Notes under the pieces: generated by a model | What the model was told of the DNA's origin: nothing | The model's database searches: none | What the model saw: the letters and a program-made list of their open reading frames with translations, nothing else | Assembly: GCA_037443035.1 (NCBI GenBank) | Contig: JBBIPC010000001.1 | Location: 32,001-96,000 of the forward strand | DNA length: 64,000 nt | Source of the DNA: Chthonomonadales bacterium | GTDB lineage: Bacteria > Armatimonadota > Chthonomonadetes > Chthonomonadales > CAJBBX01 | Direction of reading: 5' to 3' | Translations under genes and position numbers: made by a program | In this document: piece by piece, positions 49,757 through 60,001 of the stretch | Position numbering within the stretch: the first letter of the stretch is position 1 | Layout: each line of letters begins with the position of its first letter

Positions 49757-50845
49757 CTATTGCAGCCGATCGCGTGCCGCTGTCGGCCAGCGTTCCCTGA
49801 CGGATTCACCCTCGACAACCCAGAGCCATGGGTACATATTGACGCACGTGCAAGCATGCGCCGGCACGATGCGCAGCTTCTGCCCCACCTTCGGTCGAAG
49901 GTGGCTCAGACCGAGGTGGAGATGGCCGTGCTCCTCGCTGCACCAGTCCACACGCGCGAACGGATCTCCATGGACGTAGCCGTACCCGTGGATAGGATCT
50001 CTGTCGCCCGAGAGGGACTTGCTACCTGCGTCGAGAAGCGCTTCGGTTGGTGACGGCGTGGCAACAACGCTCGCCAGCACGGAGAGAGCGCACCGATCTG
50101 GCGGCGCTCCGAGGCGTACCTGTGTGGCATCGTGGAAGACGTAGTTGCCAGGACGCATCTCGGTCACCATGGGCATGCGGGCCATGGTCTCCGCTGTTGG
50201 CGTACTACCTACGCTGACCACCTCCAGCGGATGGTCACCATGCAGCTCAATAGCGTCTCGACACGCGACAAGGCGGCGTATCACATCCTCACACAAGGCT
50301 GTCAGCGTTGGCGCAGTGGCCCTGTATGCGTGACCCTCATGCGTGTAGACGCCGCGCAGTCTCAAGCGGTGGTATCGGTGTGCAACCGAGGACAGCACGG
50401 CGGCCTGCTCGGGATCTCTGACACCAGCGCGTCCGTGGCCCGTGTCTACCTCGATCAGAATGCGAATCTCCACACCGGCGCGATCAGCAGCCTCGCCGAT
50501 GGGCTCGAGTACCGCAGCGCTGTCGACGCCTATCGTTAGGGCGCACTCATGTGCAAGCCGTACGAGTCGCTGCAGTTTCTGTTCACCTACAACCAAGTTG
50601 GCGATGAAGATATCAGTGAAACCTGCTGCGGCGAATACCTCCGCCTCGCCAAGCTTGGCCACCGTGATACCACCGGCACCTGCCTTCACTTGCATCGAGG
50701 CGATCTCGATGCACTTATGGGTCTTGGTGTGTGGCCGCAAGACCTTGCCAGCCGTCGTGACTACGTCCGTCATCCTGGCAATGTTGCGCTCGAGGATCGT
50801 GTAGTCTACGATGAGGGCAGGCGTATCGAGATCGTAGAGGTTCAT
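49757..50845 (-). CDS. fold-type III PLP enzyme, D-threonine aldolase / D-serine dehydratase (DSD1) family
   Basis: TPAL, RPHTKTHK, GSTP, E.RPGNY.F.D, DAGSK, EEHG, P.HAC; ATGA overlap with upstream transporter. Confidence 0.88.
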   Translation of the reverse strand: MNLYDLDTPALIVDYTILERNIARMTDVVTTAGKVLRPHTKTHKCIEIASMQVKAGAGGITVAKLGEAEVFAAAGFTDIFIANLVVGEQKLQRLVRLAHECALTIGVDSAAVLEPIGEAADRAGVEIRILIEVDTGHGRAGVRDPEQAAVLSSVAHRYHRLRLRGVYTHEGHAYRATAPTLTALCEDVIRRLVACRDAIELHGDHPLEVVSVGSTPTAETMARMPMVTEMRPGNYVFHDATQVRLGAPPDRCALSVLASVVATPSPTEALLDAGSKSLSGDRDPIHGYGYVHGDPFARVDWCSEEHGHLHLGLSHLRPKVGQKLRIVPAHACTCVNMYPWLWVVEGESVRERWPTAARDRLQ

Positions 50846-52521
50846 TGGAGCATCCTCGCAGCGAGAAAGACACACTGCACGAGCACGATCTTGGCGATGA
50901 TGGCGACTGGATAGATGCTAGAGAAGGCGAGCGGAGCCGCATCAGAGACTGCTAGCTCGGTCGCGGCATTGAGGGCGGGTGGGTTGGTCATGGCTCCGCT
51001 GAAAGTACCTGCAACAGCCAGGGCATTCCATCGAAAGAGGAAGTGCGCGAGCATCACAGCGGTGATGCTTGCTACGATGGTGACGCATGCGCCCACGAAC
51101 AGCGTCTGCAGTCCGGCGACATGGAGCACGGCCGCGAACCGCACTCCTGCTTCGATTCCTGCTCCTGCGAGGAATACGACGAGTCCAAGCTCGCGAGCGA
51201 AGAGTATCGCAGCCTGAGGCACGTAGACCCTGAAGGGGCCAACGCGCCGTGCGTGGCCAAGGAGGAGGCCGACAAGGAACGCTCCGCCACCAAGGCCGAG
51301 CTTGCCATGAACCCCACCAAAGAGCGGCAACGGAACCATTCCTAGCAATGCCCCCAAGCAGATACCAGCCGCGAAGGACAGCAGACTGGTCTCGGAGAGC
51401 CGACGTTCCTCCGCGCCCACGTACTCAGCGAAACGCTTCACCACCTCCTGATGCCCGACCACGCGCAGCGCATCGGCAGGCTCCAGTACCAGAGAACGCT
51501 CAGGAACGAGCTCAATGCCTTGTCGGCGGACGCGCGTGACGATCACGTCCGAAAAGTCGCCGGCCAATAAGTCTCCGAGTTGGCGTCCTACGGCGTGTTG
51601 AGCAGATACAACCAGCGTCTCGCTAGCGACACGACCTCCCATGTCGTACATGGAGACATCGTCTGCGGGGTCTCCGAGAATCGCGGTTAGCTTCTCCAAC
51701 TCCTCCTCAGGGCCCACAGCCATGACAACGTCGTGAAGGGCTAGCTCCATATCCGGAGATGCGGCGTAGACAACTCCATCGCGTTTGATCCGTGAGATTG
51801 TCGCGCGGCTGAGGCCGCTTGCGTGGAAATCGGCTACCGTCCGGCCGGTCACGTTTGGATTGGTGATGCGGAACTGCCGGCGGTGGAGCGGTGGCTGAAG
51901 CAGTCGGGCCTCCTGGGCCGCGGCCTCAGCAGCTTCAGACGGTGGCTGGCGAAGCAAGGACGGAAGCAGTTGTACGAGTACCACGACGAAGATAGCACTG
52001 AATGGATACGCCAGGCCATGTCCAACGGAGACCTCGGCCGCTGTTGTCTTGTCCAAACGCTGTGCTATGTCCCGGCCCGAGGCGAGTGCAGGCGTGTTCG
52101 TCAGCGCGCCGGTGAAAAGCCCAGCCGTAATGCTGGGGCTAAGGTGTAGCAAGTGGCCGAGGAGCACGGCCGTTAGCGCCGCGGAGCCAATGGACCCCAG
52201 ACCAATCGTAAGGTAGGCCTTGACGCGTCCACGAAACATGGTGACGAACCGCGGGCCGGCTTGCAGACCTACGGCATAGACAAAGAGCACCAAGCCGAGG
52301 TCCGTGACGGAACTCGGTACCGAGATTGCATGCGAGTTCTCGGGAGACAAACTGCGCGGTAGCACGCTCCGAAGATGTCCGGCCAGCAACGCAGTGAACA
52401 GGACGCCTGCAGATCCCAGACTGATGCCACGCAGTCTGAAGCTGCCCACCCACAGTCCGAGTGCGATGACGGCGAAGAGGGTCACGAAGGGATTGTTGAG
52501 GAGATCGGCGACGGTGAGCAT
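50842..52521 (-). CDS. AspT/YidE/YbjL family antiporter with TrkA-C domains
   Basis: LG.AGVLF, LFVYAVGLQAGP.F, GALTNTPAL, GAMTNPPAL, YP motifs; central soluble domains. Confidence 0.9.
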   Translation of the reverse strand: MLTVADLLNNPFVTLFAVIALGLWVGSFRLRGISLGSAGVLFTALLAGHLRSVLPRSLSPENSHAISVPSSVTDLGLVLFVYAVGLQAGPRFVTMFRGRVKAYLTIGLGSIGSAALTAVLLGHLLHLSPSITAGLFTGALTNTPALASGRDIAQRLDKTTAAEVSVGHGLAYPFSAIFVVVLVQLLPSLLRQPPSEAAEAAAQEARLLQPPLHRRQFRITNPNVTGRTVADFHASGLSRATISRIKRDGVVYAASPDMELALHDVVMAVGPEEELEKLTAILGDPADDVSMYDMGGRVASETLVVSAQHAVGRQLGDLLAGDFSDVIVTRVRRQGIELVPERSLVLEPADALRVVGHQEVVKRFAEYVGAEERRLSETSLLSFAAGICLGALLGMVPLPLFGGVHGKLGLGGGAFLVGLLLGHARRVGPFRVYVPQAAILFARELGLVVFLAGAGIEAGVRFAAVLHVAGLQTLFVGACVTIVASITAVMLAHFLFRWNALAVAGTFSGAMTNPPALNAATELAVSDAAPLAFSSIYPVAIIAKIVLVQCVFLAARMLQ

Positions 52522-52644
52522 GGGCGGTCTGGTGTGACTCCCACTAGAATAGCATAGGACGACGTGCCGCAGCACTCGACGGGGGGCGAGGCGGTTCGTG
52601 TTGGGTAGCTGACCAGCGCCGAGGACCGAGTCTGTTGCCCGGAC

Positions 52645-54078
52645 CTATTCGCCGGTCTTCACAGCGTAGATGTCTGCATCGTGCAGTATCGCCCGGATAC
52701 GAAGCGGTTGTGGGCCTGCGTCACCCAGCGACCGGCCGCGCCAACGGACGCGGGCGCAGAACTCATCGCCGAACAAAGGCTGCAAGTCAGCGGCCGAGAA
52801 CCCTGGGATGGGATTGCCGTGCGCAGTGAGAAGCTCAACCACCACGGAGCCCGCGGCAGATGTCGCGTAATTGAGGTAGAGGTCCTTACCACGGAACTTG
52901 AGTGGCTTCGTCGTGACGCGTCCGCCTCCGGCTCCGGCATGGATGCTGGCGAACCGATTGCGCGGTATGGAAAGGCGCCGCAATCGGTTGTCGGGCCAGG
53001 AGTAGTGCTCGCTGACGTACATGGAGTACTCATCATCGCCAACAATGATGCCCCAGGCGGGCATGTTGCTGCGCTGGGTCCAGTTCCTCTGATCCGGTCC
53101 TGGTCGTAGCCACGCCTCGAGGAATGTCCTATCCCAGTTGAGGCCATCGCGACTGGTCATGAAAACGGCATCCGAGACGCCAGGTTCGGTGTATCCCTCT
53201 AGCTTCGTCCGGTCAGGGATGAACCTCTTGGGAAACGAGAGCAGGACGTGCGGTGCTTCCGGGTGTGGTGTGGTCGCGTTCGTATAGAAGTGCTCCATGG
53301 GAATGCCTGCCCCGTAAACGTTCGGAACGGGTTCTGACCAGTGCAGGAAGTCGGCTGAAGTCGCGCTCTGTATCGCCCGGATGCCGCTGTATTCAGTTCC
53401 TGTCCACGTCCGAGAGTAACAGCGGTAGACCCCTACCGCTGAGTCCCAGAAGGCAACGTTCAGCGAGTCGAATTCGCCTTTGGTCAGTACCGGTTGCTCT
53501 TGCAGCTTGTGCCAACGTAGTCCGTCGGGCGAGGCGAATGCGTAGAGCTTGCTGCTGACACCAGCGACTGCTTTGTATCGCTCCTCTGGCCTGCAATGGG
53601 GGTTCCCGTCAAGGAACGGAGCAAAGTTGTGGGCTTCGACACCGCGATAGACGATGTTGTTCTCGGTAGAACCGTCGAACTCGTAGAGGCGCAAGTTCGG
53701 TCGCTCGAAGTGAATCCCATCCTGGCTTTCAGCCATACATGTAACCTGCTGTTCTGCGAGATCAGATGGACAGTAGCCGCGGTAATACAGCCTGACAGTC
53801 TGGCCATCTCGAAGCACCGTGAAGTAGGCGCTGTGGGGACCCTCCCACGGCTTGTCCAACGTGAGGACGATCTGTCGGCGCACTGGCTGCGTCAAGCGCA
53901 TTTCGACTGCATCGAGGCTGTCGATGAGAAAGCCATCGACGAATGGTTCCCAGCGATCTTCTATGCTCACGGCAGCACCTTCTAGGGGTCCGGCATCCGA
54001 AGCGAGATGGGGTTGGTACGACCACCCTGCCAGACTCGCGATAGCCGCAGCCAGGACGAGGGAGCGGATCATGGGCAC
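52645..54078 (-). CDS. secreted hypothetical protein, beta-propeller glycoside-hydrolase-like
   Basis: signal peptide; Asp-box-like S.DG..W/F repeats (ESQDGIHF, SPDGLRW, SADFLHW, SRDGLNW); C-terminal beta domain. Confidence 0.7.
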   Translation of the reverse strand: MPMIRSLVLAAAIASLAGWSYQPHLASDAGPLEGAAVSIEDRWEPFVDGFLIDSLDAVEMRLTQPVRRQIVLTLDKPWEGPHSAYFTVLRDGQTVRLYYRGYCPSDLAEQQVTCMAESQDGIHFERPNLRLYEFDGSTENNIVYRGVEAHNFAPFLDGNPHCRPEERYKAVAGVSSKLYAFASPDGLRWHKLQEQPVLTKGEFDSLNVAFWDSAVGVYRCYSRTWTGTEYSGIRAIQSATSADFLHWSEPVPNVYGAGIPMEHFYTNATTPHPEAPHVLLSFPKRFIPDRTKLEGYTEPGVSDAVFMTSRDGLNWDRTFLEAWLRPGPDQRNWTQRSNMPAWGIIVGDDEYSMYVSEHYSWPDNRLRRLSIPRNRFASIHAGAGGGRVTTKPLKFRGKDLYLNYATSAAGSVVVELLTAHGNPIPGFSAADLQPLFGDEFCARVRWRGRSLGDAGPQPLRIRAILHDADIYAVKTGE

Positions 54079-54081
54079 ACT

Positions 54082-55326
54082 CTACCTCCCGCGCGCCTGG
54101 AGAGGCGTGCTGTGGGCAAGCAGCCACTCTTCTGTGAAGGCGACGTGTTTGATGCTCTTCCCCTGGCCACCGAGTCTTGCGCGGTCGGCGGCATTGGGCG
54201 AGTAGCTGTAGGTCACATGGATACGTCCGTCGCGAGTCTGAATGATGGATGGATACGCGTAGGAGCCGGCGTCTGGACCGGGTTCATCGTGCTGCAAGTG
54301 GCACTTCCGGCTCCAGGTTCTGCCTTCATCCTCACTGATGGATATGGCTAGGCTATGCCGACCTTCTTCTGTATCATTGTTGATCAACAACCAGCGACCC
54401 GAGTGCAATACCAGTACATCCACGCCAGCCCCTGGATCTGGCAATTGCGTGTCTCGGGGCGTACTCCACGTACTGCCTCTATCCTTCGACTCGCTGACCA
54501 TTACGCGCTGCGGGGGCGGACCGTTATCCCGGAAGTAGGCAACGAGCGTTCCATCCTTGCACTGGGCAATGGTCGGCTGCACGTTACCGGCTCCGATGAT
54601 CGGCTCACTGACCTTCCAGCTCGTGCCGTCGTCGTCGCTGTAGGCCATCAGCGAGAAGTCGAAGAGATCGGAGTAGAGAGGCAGGATCAGCCGATTCTCA
54701 GACAGCAGCACGGGATGTGGGCGCGGCATCCAACCTAGGCGCATGCGCAGCTTGTCGCCTGCGGCTTTGACCCGGTCGGATAAGTAGTCCTCCAACCGTG
54801 ATCTCTCCTCGGGGGGCACGACGTCCGCCACTTGCCTCCACGTTCTTTCGAAGTCCGCTTCGACCCTCTGGGTGAACTCGGGCCCCGGTTTCAGGAGAAC
54901 GACGCCTCCGTCTGTCCAATGCGGCGACCCGGCCTGACGTTCGTAGTCGGTACTGACTTTGTAGAGGAGCAGTGCACTGTCCCACTTGTTGTCGAGGATC
55001 ACAGGCCAGAAAAGCCAGAGCCGCTTCCGAGCATCTACCACCATGCACGGATTGCAGTCCGGAAAGCCAGGCGTGTCTGCCAGAACGAACTCTGGCGTCC
55101 AGGCGTCACGGCCGCGTCGCAATCGAGAGCCCATGATGGCGACGTCATCGGCCGTACGCTCCCCAGAGCCGCGGTACCAGCACACGAGCAGGTCGCCGTT
55201 GGGACATTCGACAACGCAACTCGCGTGATTGTGCAAGGGGTGCAGCGGAAAGACGAGCCTTTCTGAGTAGGGTGCATTGGCAGACGTTGTATTACCAAGA
55301 GTAGCCAGGAGCAAGAGTGCCGCCAT
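54082..55326 (-). CDS. BNR/Asp-box sialidase-like protein
   Basis: signal peptide; SDDDGTSW, SKDRGSTW, SEDEGRTW; AYP; ATG 55326 with GGAGGT RBS. Confidence 0.85.
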   Translation of the reverse strand: MAALLLLATLGNTTSANAPYSERLVFPLHPLHNHASCVVECPNGDLLVCWYRGSGERTADDVAIMGSRLRRGRDAWTPEFVLADTPGFPDCNPCMVVDARKRLWLFWPVILDNKWDSALLLYKVSTDYERQAGSPHWTDGGVVLLKPGPEFTQRVEADFERTWRQVADVVPPEERSRLEDYLSDRVKAAGDKLRMRLGWMPRPHPVLLSENRLILPLYSDLFDFSLMAYSDDDGTSWKVSEPIIGAGNVQPTIAQCKDGTLVAYFRDNGPPPQRVMVSESKDRGSTWSTPRDTQLPDPGAGVDVLVLHSGRWLLINNDTEEGRHSLAISISEDEGRTWSRKCHLQHDEPGPDAGSYAYPSIIQTRDGRIHVTYSYSPNAADRARLGGQGKSIKHVAFTEEWLLAHSTPLQARGR

Positions 55327-55538
55327 GTCATGTACCTCCCGTGGAGTTCTGCCGCCGTTTTTGGGGCGGTCACTACAAGATCTCCTATTCGTGAGGCGGC
55401 CGGGGGTGACCTGCCGCAGAACCGTGTCCCAGCTGAGCTTGGTGTCGCACACAGACTGAAGGAGAATCATCGCTACAAGCCGTATCTAGCTACATCGAGC
55501 GTGCCGTGATGCGCTAACCACTCAAGGAGAATGCAGCA

Positions 55539-56201
55539 ATGGCAGTACCGGAAGGTTCCTACCCAGCACCGCCTCCCACTGTGCGGTTCGATGTTATCAG
55601 TCAAGCGTTTCAATTGCTCCAGCAGCAGATGGGCCAGTGGGTCTTGCTGATCCTCGTGTACCTAGTTGCGGCAGGACTTGCGATCTTAGTGCTCAGCTTC
55701 ATACCGCTGGTAGGTTCGCTACTTGGCGGTGTCCCAGCGATGATCCTCGTCGGCGGTGCATACAAGGCGGCACTGAAGCAGATGCGCGGTGGCACCGTTG
55801 CGGTGTCGGACCTGTTCGACGTTGGAGACGTGGTGGGACAACTGATTGTTGTCGGGATTCTCGTCGGCCTTGGCACGTCCATCGCTGCCCTGTTCTGTGT
55901 GTTGCCTGCGTTCGTCGTCGGCGGGCTATGGATGTTCGCCGTTCCTCTGGTGGTGGACCGTGGCATGGATGGCGTCGCCGCCATGAGGGAAAGCTGGAAC
56001 GCGCTTCGCCGTGAGTGGGTGATGGCGGCAGTATTCTACCTGGTGGTAGGGCTGATAGCGGCTGTTGGTGGCCTACTGTGCGGAATCGGACTGTTGTTCA
56101 CCTTACCCATAGTCATACTGGCGACGACGCTGCTCTACCGCGATTTCTTCCCTGAACACGAGGCACCAAGCGAGCCTGGTGTGCCGCCGGTGGCATTCTA
56201 A
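55539..56201 (+). CDS. integral membrane hypothetical protein
   Basis: several hydrophobic helices; A.RESW and LLCG.GLL.T.P motifs; AAGGAG RBS. Confidence 0.75.
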   Translation: MAVPEGSYPAPPPTVRFDVISQAFQLLQQQMGQWVLLILVYLVAAGLAILVLSFIPLVGSLLGGVPAMILVGGAYKAALKQMRGGTVAVSDLFDVGDVVGQLIVVGILVGLGTSIAALFCVLPAFVVGGLWMFAVPLVVDRGMDGVAAMRESWNALRREWVMAAVFYLVVGLIAAVGGLLCGIGLLFTLPIVILATTLLYRDFFPEHEAPSEPGVPPVAF

Positions 56202-56231
56202 GGCTTGGATACCGGTTCCGGCAGAGGGACA

Positions 56232-56257
56232 GGGCCGCTTCCACCCGGAAGCGGCCC
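56232..56257. terminator. perfect hairpin between convergent genes
   Basis: GGGCCGCTTCC-accc-GGAAGCGGCCC. Confidence 0.65.
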
Positions 56258-56287
56258 ACGAGCTTGCAGGAGGTTGTGTCGCTGCAC

Positions 56288-58876
56288 TCAGGCCGCCGCT
56301 GTCTCCGCGCTCACTATCTCCCTTCCCTCATTGATGCGCATCTTGTAGAAAGAGCGGTAGACGAAGGTCAGGGCGATGGCGAAGAAAATCGCAGCCGCGA
56401 GAAGTCGAAGCTGACCCTGGCCGTTCTTAGTAAGCTGCTCGGCGAACTCCACGGCCAGCAGTCCGAAGAGCGTGGTGAACTTGATGATAGGGTTCATGGC
56501 GACCGAGGATGTGTCCTTGAATGGATCACCCACGGTGTCACCTACCACTGTCGCGGCGTGAAGCTCCGAACCCTTCTCCTTCAAGTCCACTTCCACAATC
56601 TTCTTAGCGTTGTCCCATGCACCACCTGCGTTGGCCATGAACAGCGCTTGGAACAGGCCGAAGATGGCGATGGCGATGAGGTAACCGATGAACAGGAACG
56701 AATCCGCGCACGCGAAGGCCAGGGTCCCGAAGAACACGACGAGGAAGATGTTGAACATGCCGCGCTGGGCGTATTGCGTGCAAATCTCGACTACCTTCTT
56801 GCTGTCTTCGACAGACGCTTTCTCGACACCCTCCAGCTTGATGTTCGCCTTGATGAACTCCACCGCGCGGTACGCACCTGTTGTGACTGCCTGGGCTGAA
56901 GCGCCAGTGAACCAGTAGATAACGGATCCACCCGCGATGAGGCCAAACAGGAACAAGGGGTTCAAGATGGAGAGCTTATCAACGTTCTCGGTCAGTCCTG
57001 CGGTGAGCATGACGATGATCGAGAACACCATCGTCGTTGCACCCACAACAGCCGTCCCGATCAGAACCGGCTTGGCTGTTGCCTTGAAGGTATTGCCTGC
57101 TCCGTCATTAGCTTCCAGATTGTGCTTGGCCTGCTCGAACTTGACGTCGAACCCGAAGTCCTTCTTGATCTCTTGCTCAATGCCTGGAATGCTCTCGATG
57201 ACGGAGAGCTCATAGACGGACTGGGCATTGTCGGTGACGGGGCCATAGGAGTCCACCGCGATGGTGACGGGGCCCATGCCCAGGAAGCCGAAGGCCACGA
57301 GACCGAAGGCAAAGACCGTAGCGACGTCTATGACCGGCTTGCCGTTGGCCCCCATCGGTCCAAGTGGCATGAGATCCCCGAGCCCCTGCAGGCTCATGAG
57401 ATACGCGACGCCCATCAGGAAGATGACAACCATGCCCATCCAGAACGCGCTGAAGTTCCCGGCGATGAAGCCCGACAGGATGTTGAGCGAGGCACCGCCC
57501 TCGCGGGTGGACGTCACGACTTCCTTCACGTGTCCAGACTCAGTGGACGTGAAAACCTTCACCAGCTCCGGAATAATGGCGCCGGCAAGCGTGCCACACG
57601 TGATGATGGTAGCGAGCTGCCACCACAGGTTCGGGTGGTCGCCTACGTTGGGGATCATCAGCTTCGACACGACAAAGGTCAGTATTACCGACAGAATCGA
57701 AGTGATCCACACCAGGCTGGTAAGCGGCTTCTCCGCATTGAAGTGATCAGCGTTCCCGTATTTCGCCTTGGCGACGGCATCATTGATGAAATACGCCGCA
57801 GCGCTGGTAATGACCATGACCACACGCATGACGAAGATCCAGACTAGCAGTTGGATCTGCACGGTAGGGTTCTTCACGGCTAGCAGGATGAAGGAGATAA
57901 GCGCAACGCCCGTGACGCCATAGGTCTCGAATCCGTCTGCACTGGGACCGACAGAGTCGCCCGCGTTGTCACCAGTACAGTCTGCTATCACACCAGGGTT
58001 CCGAGCGTCGTCCTCTTTGATGCGGAAGACGATTTTCATCAGGTCGGAGCCGATATCGGCGATCTTCGTGAAGATCCCTCCCGCAATCCTCAATGCTGAT
58101 GCGCCCAGGGACTCCCCGATGGCGAAGCCGATGAAACAGGCTCCAGCGAGCGCACCAGGGATGAAGAGAAGGATGCTCAGCATGATGATGAGCTCCACGG
58201 AAATCAGCATCATGCCGATGCTCATACCCGCCTGCAGTGGAACCGCGTAGCCCGAGAAGGCCTTACCATTCAAGGATGCGAAAGCTGTCCTCGAGTTGGC
58301 GAAGGTATTAACCCGCATGCCAAACCAGGCCACGACCGTACTTCCTGCGATGCCGATGAGCGAGAAGAGCAAGATGATCAGCACATGTCCTGCCTTGCCT
58401 TCGGCGAAGTACTTCTGCAGAACGCCGAAGTAGATGAGGATCACCATCGCCACGCAGACCCACAGGATCGTGATGAACTTGAGCTGAGTCTGGAGATACG
58501 TCTTGCAGGTCTCGTAGATAAGCTCGGAGATCTCCAGCATCGCCCTGTGCACCGGCATAGCCTTGAGCCGCGCCATGATCGTCAAGCCGAATGCCAGACC
58601 GAGTGCAGAAATGAGAATGCCCCACATGAGGACAGAGGCACCGGCGGCGCCGAAAAACGAAGCCGTGCTCTTGTCGGCTAGCGACGGCACCACAAGGCTG
58701 GCCTCTCCTCCTGCGTGATGCTCTTGCCCCAGCGCTACGATGGGTGCGACCACGGCAATGAGCGCGAACACACCAGCGAGAAGTAGGGAGGGGGAGAGGA
58801 TGCGGCGGAGTACCGATGGGACCTTGCGGCTGAAGATGGAACAGAATGGGGCGCTATTCGCCCCTCGTACTTGCAT
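56288..58876 (-). CDS. hppA: membrane-bound cation-translocating pyrophosphatase (divergent, predicted K+-independent)
   Basis: GGIFTKIADIGSD, EDDARNPGVIAD..GDNAGD, YGPVTDNA, GNTFKA, GGAWDNAKK, GDTVGDPFKDT. Confidence 0.95.
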   Translation of the reverse strand: MQVRGANSAPFCSIFSRKVPSVLRRILSPSLLLAGVFALIAVVAPIVALGQEHHAGGEASLVVPSLADKSTASFFGAAGASVLMWGILISALGLAFGLTIMARLKAMPVHRAMLEISELIYETCKTYLQTQLKFITILWVCVAMVILIYFGVLQKYFAEGKAGHVLIILLFSLIGIAGSTVVAWFGMRVNTFANSRTAFASLNGKAFSGYAVPLQAGMSIGMMLISVELIIMLSILLFIPGALAGACFIGFAIGESLGASALRIAGGIFTKIADIGSDLMKIVFRIKEDDARNPGVIADCTGDNAGDSVGPSADGFETYGVTGVALISFILLAVKNPTVQIQLLVWIFVMRVVMVITSAAAYFINDAVAKAKYGNADHFNAEKPLTSLVWITSILSVILTFVVSKLMIPNVGDHPNLWWQLATIITCGTLAGAIIPELVKVFTSTESGHVKEVVTSTREGGASLNILSGFIAGNFSAFWMGMVVIFLMGVAYLMSLQGLGDLMPLGPMGANGKPVIDVATVFAFGLVAFGFLGMGPVTIAVDSYGPVTDNAQSVYELSVIESIPGIEQEIKKDFGFDVKFEQAKHNLEANDGAGNTFKATAKPVLIGTAVVGATTMVFSIIVMLTAGLTENVDKLSILNPLFLFGLIAGGSVIYWFTGASAQAVTTGAYRAVEFIKANIKLEGVEKASVEDSKKVVEICTQYAQRGMFNIFLVVFFGTLAFACADSFLFIGYLIAIAIFGLFQALFMANAGGAWDNAKKIVEVDLKEKGSELHAATVVGDTVGDPFKDTSSVAMNPIIKFTTLFGLLAVEFAEQLTKNGQGQLRLLAAAIFFAIALTFVYRSFYKMRINEGREIVSAETAAA

Positions 58877-58934
58877 GGCAGCGCACTTCCTCCTTGGGAT
58901 TGCGCCCGACTGGGAGGGGAACGGGCTTACGGAA

Positions 58935-58964
58935 AAACTACCCCAAACGTGTAGTGAGTGTCAA
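58935..58964 (-). promoter_or_regulatory. probable sigma70-type promoter for hppA
   Basis: TTGACA-N18-TAGTTT on minus strand. Confidence 0.5.
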
Positions 58965-59011
58965 CCACGGTTACGAGGTGCGGATGGCGATAGCACTGCA
59001 TGAACAGGCGT

Positions 59012-59041
59012 GGCGGGGACGCCATACAGAACGCCCCCGCC
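59012..59041 (-). terminator. hairpin downstream of the prepilin-like gene
   Basis: GGCGGGGGCGTT-ctgtat-GGCGTCCCCGCC (G:U pairs on minus strand). Confidence 0.5.
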
Positions 59042-59076
59042 AGCACAGTGCCTTATTCGAGTGGCTTACACGACGA

Positions 59077-59880
59077 TTACATGGGTCGGCAGTTCGGTCC
59101 CCAGCCAGATGCAGGAATGGTCCGCCACTTCTGACCGTAGGTGACCATCTTGGCATGGCCATCGAAGAAAGTGCAGTTGTAGCCGCGGCCGTGGTTGTAG
59201 ATGGTGCGCCGATCGGTCCATGGCGTGCAGGCGTCCGTTGTGGCGTCGGCGCCGTCCCAGCCGAAGATGCCCCGCTCGGCAAAGAGGATGCGCTCGGAGA
59301 TCCAGTCGGACTTCTCGTTTGGGTTCATATCCCACACGTTCTTGAACGTGCCGTCCGGATAGCGCACGTCAATGCCGCAGCAGCCGTTGTAGATCCAGTT
59401 GGGGAACCACTGATACGACTGCAGTCCGCGACCGATGTTGTATGCGCTTGGCTGGCGGTACTTGTCGGATGGGCAGAACCAGATGTTCTTGTTCTTCTGG
59501 TACGGCCCAAGCTGGACGTGCATCAGATGGCGATAGAACTCACCGCCGTAAGCGCAGCCAGTGTAGTTGGGACCCCCGTCTCCCGGGTTCCAACCGGCCA
59601 GAATGCCGAAGCAGTCCAGCATGGGACCGGAGCCGTACGGGTCCACATCCAGATTGACTTCCCAGTTCCGCGGGCCGGGGTAGGTGCCGTTGGGGTACTC
59701 CTCGTCCCAGTCCTGGGCGTACATCTTGACGCTCAGACCGATCTGCTTGGTATTGCTCAAGCAGGAGGTCGAGCGGGCCTGCTCCCGTGCCTGTGCAAAA
59801 ACTGGGAACAGGATGGCTGCCAGGATCGCGATGATGGCGATCACGACGAGCAGCTCGATGAGGGTGAAACCTCGCTTCAT
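59077..59880 (-). CDS. type IV prepilin-like N-terminal cleavage/methylation protein with H-X9-DG C-terminus (DUF1559-like)
   Basis: [64 protein letters not shown] before ATG 59880. Confidence 0.93.
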   Translation of the reverse strand: MKRGFTLIELLVVIAIIAILAAILFPVFAQAREQARSTSCLSNTKQIGLSVKMYAQDWDEEYPNGTYPGPRNWEVNLDVDPYGSGPMLDCFGILAGWNPGDGGPNYTGCAYGGEFYRHLMHVQLGPYQKNKNIWFCPSDKYRQPSAYNIGRGLQSYQWFPNWIYNGCCGIDVRYPDGTFKNVWDMNPNEKSDWISERILFAERGIFGWDGADATTDACTPWTDRRTIYNHGRGYNCTFFDGHAKMVTYGQKWRTIPASGWGPNCRPM

Positions 59881-60001
59881 TGGTGCAACTCCTCCTCTTG
59901 GTTGCTCTGCCTTGCTCACTGGAAGCGAAGGCGTGCTTGGTTCAAGTCGTGGAGCACGCCACAGACGACGTGCCCCCGGTAAGGCGTATTGGTACTCAAC
60001 A

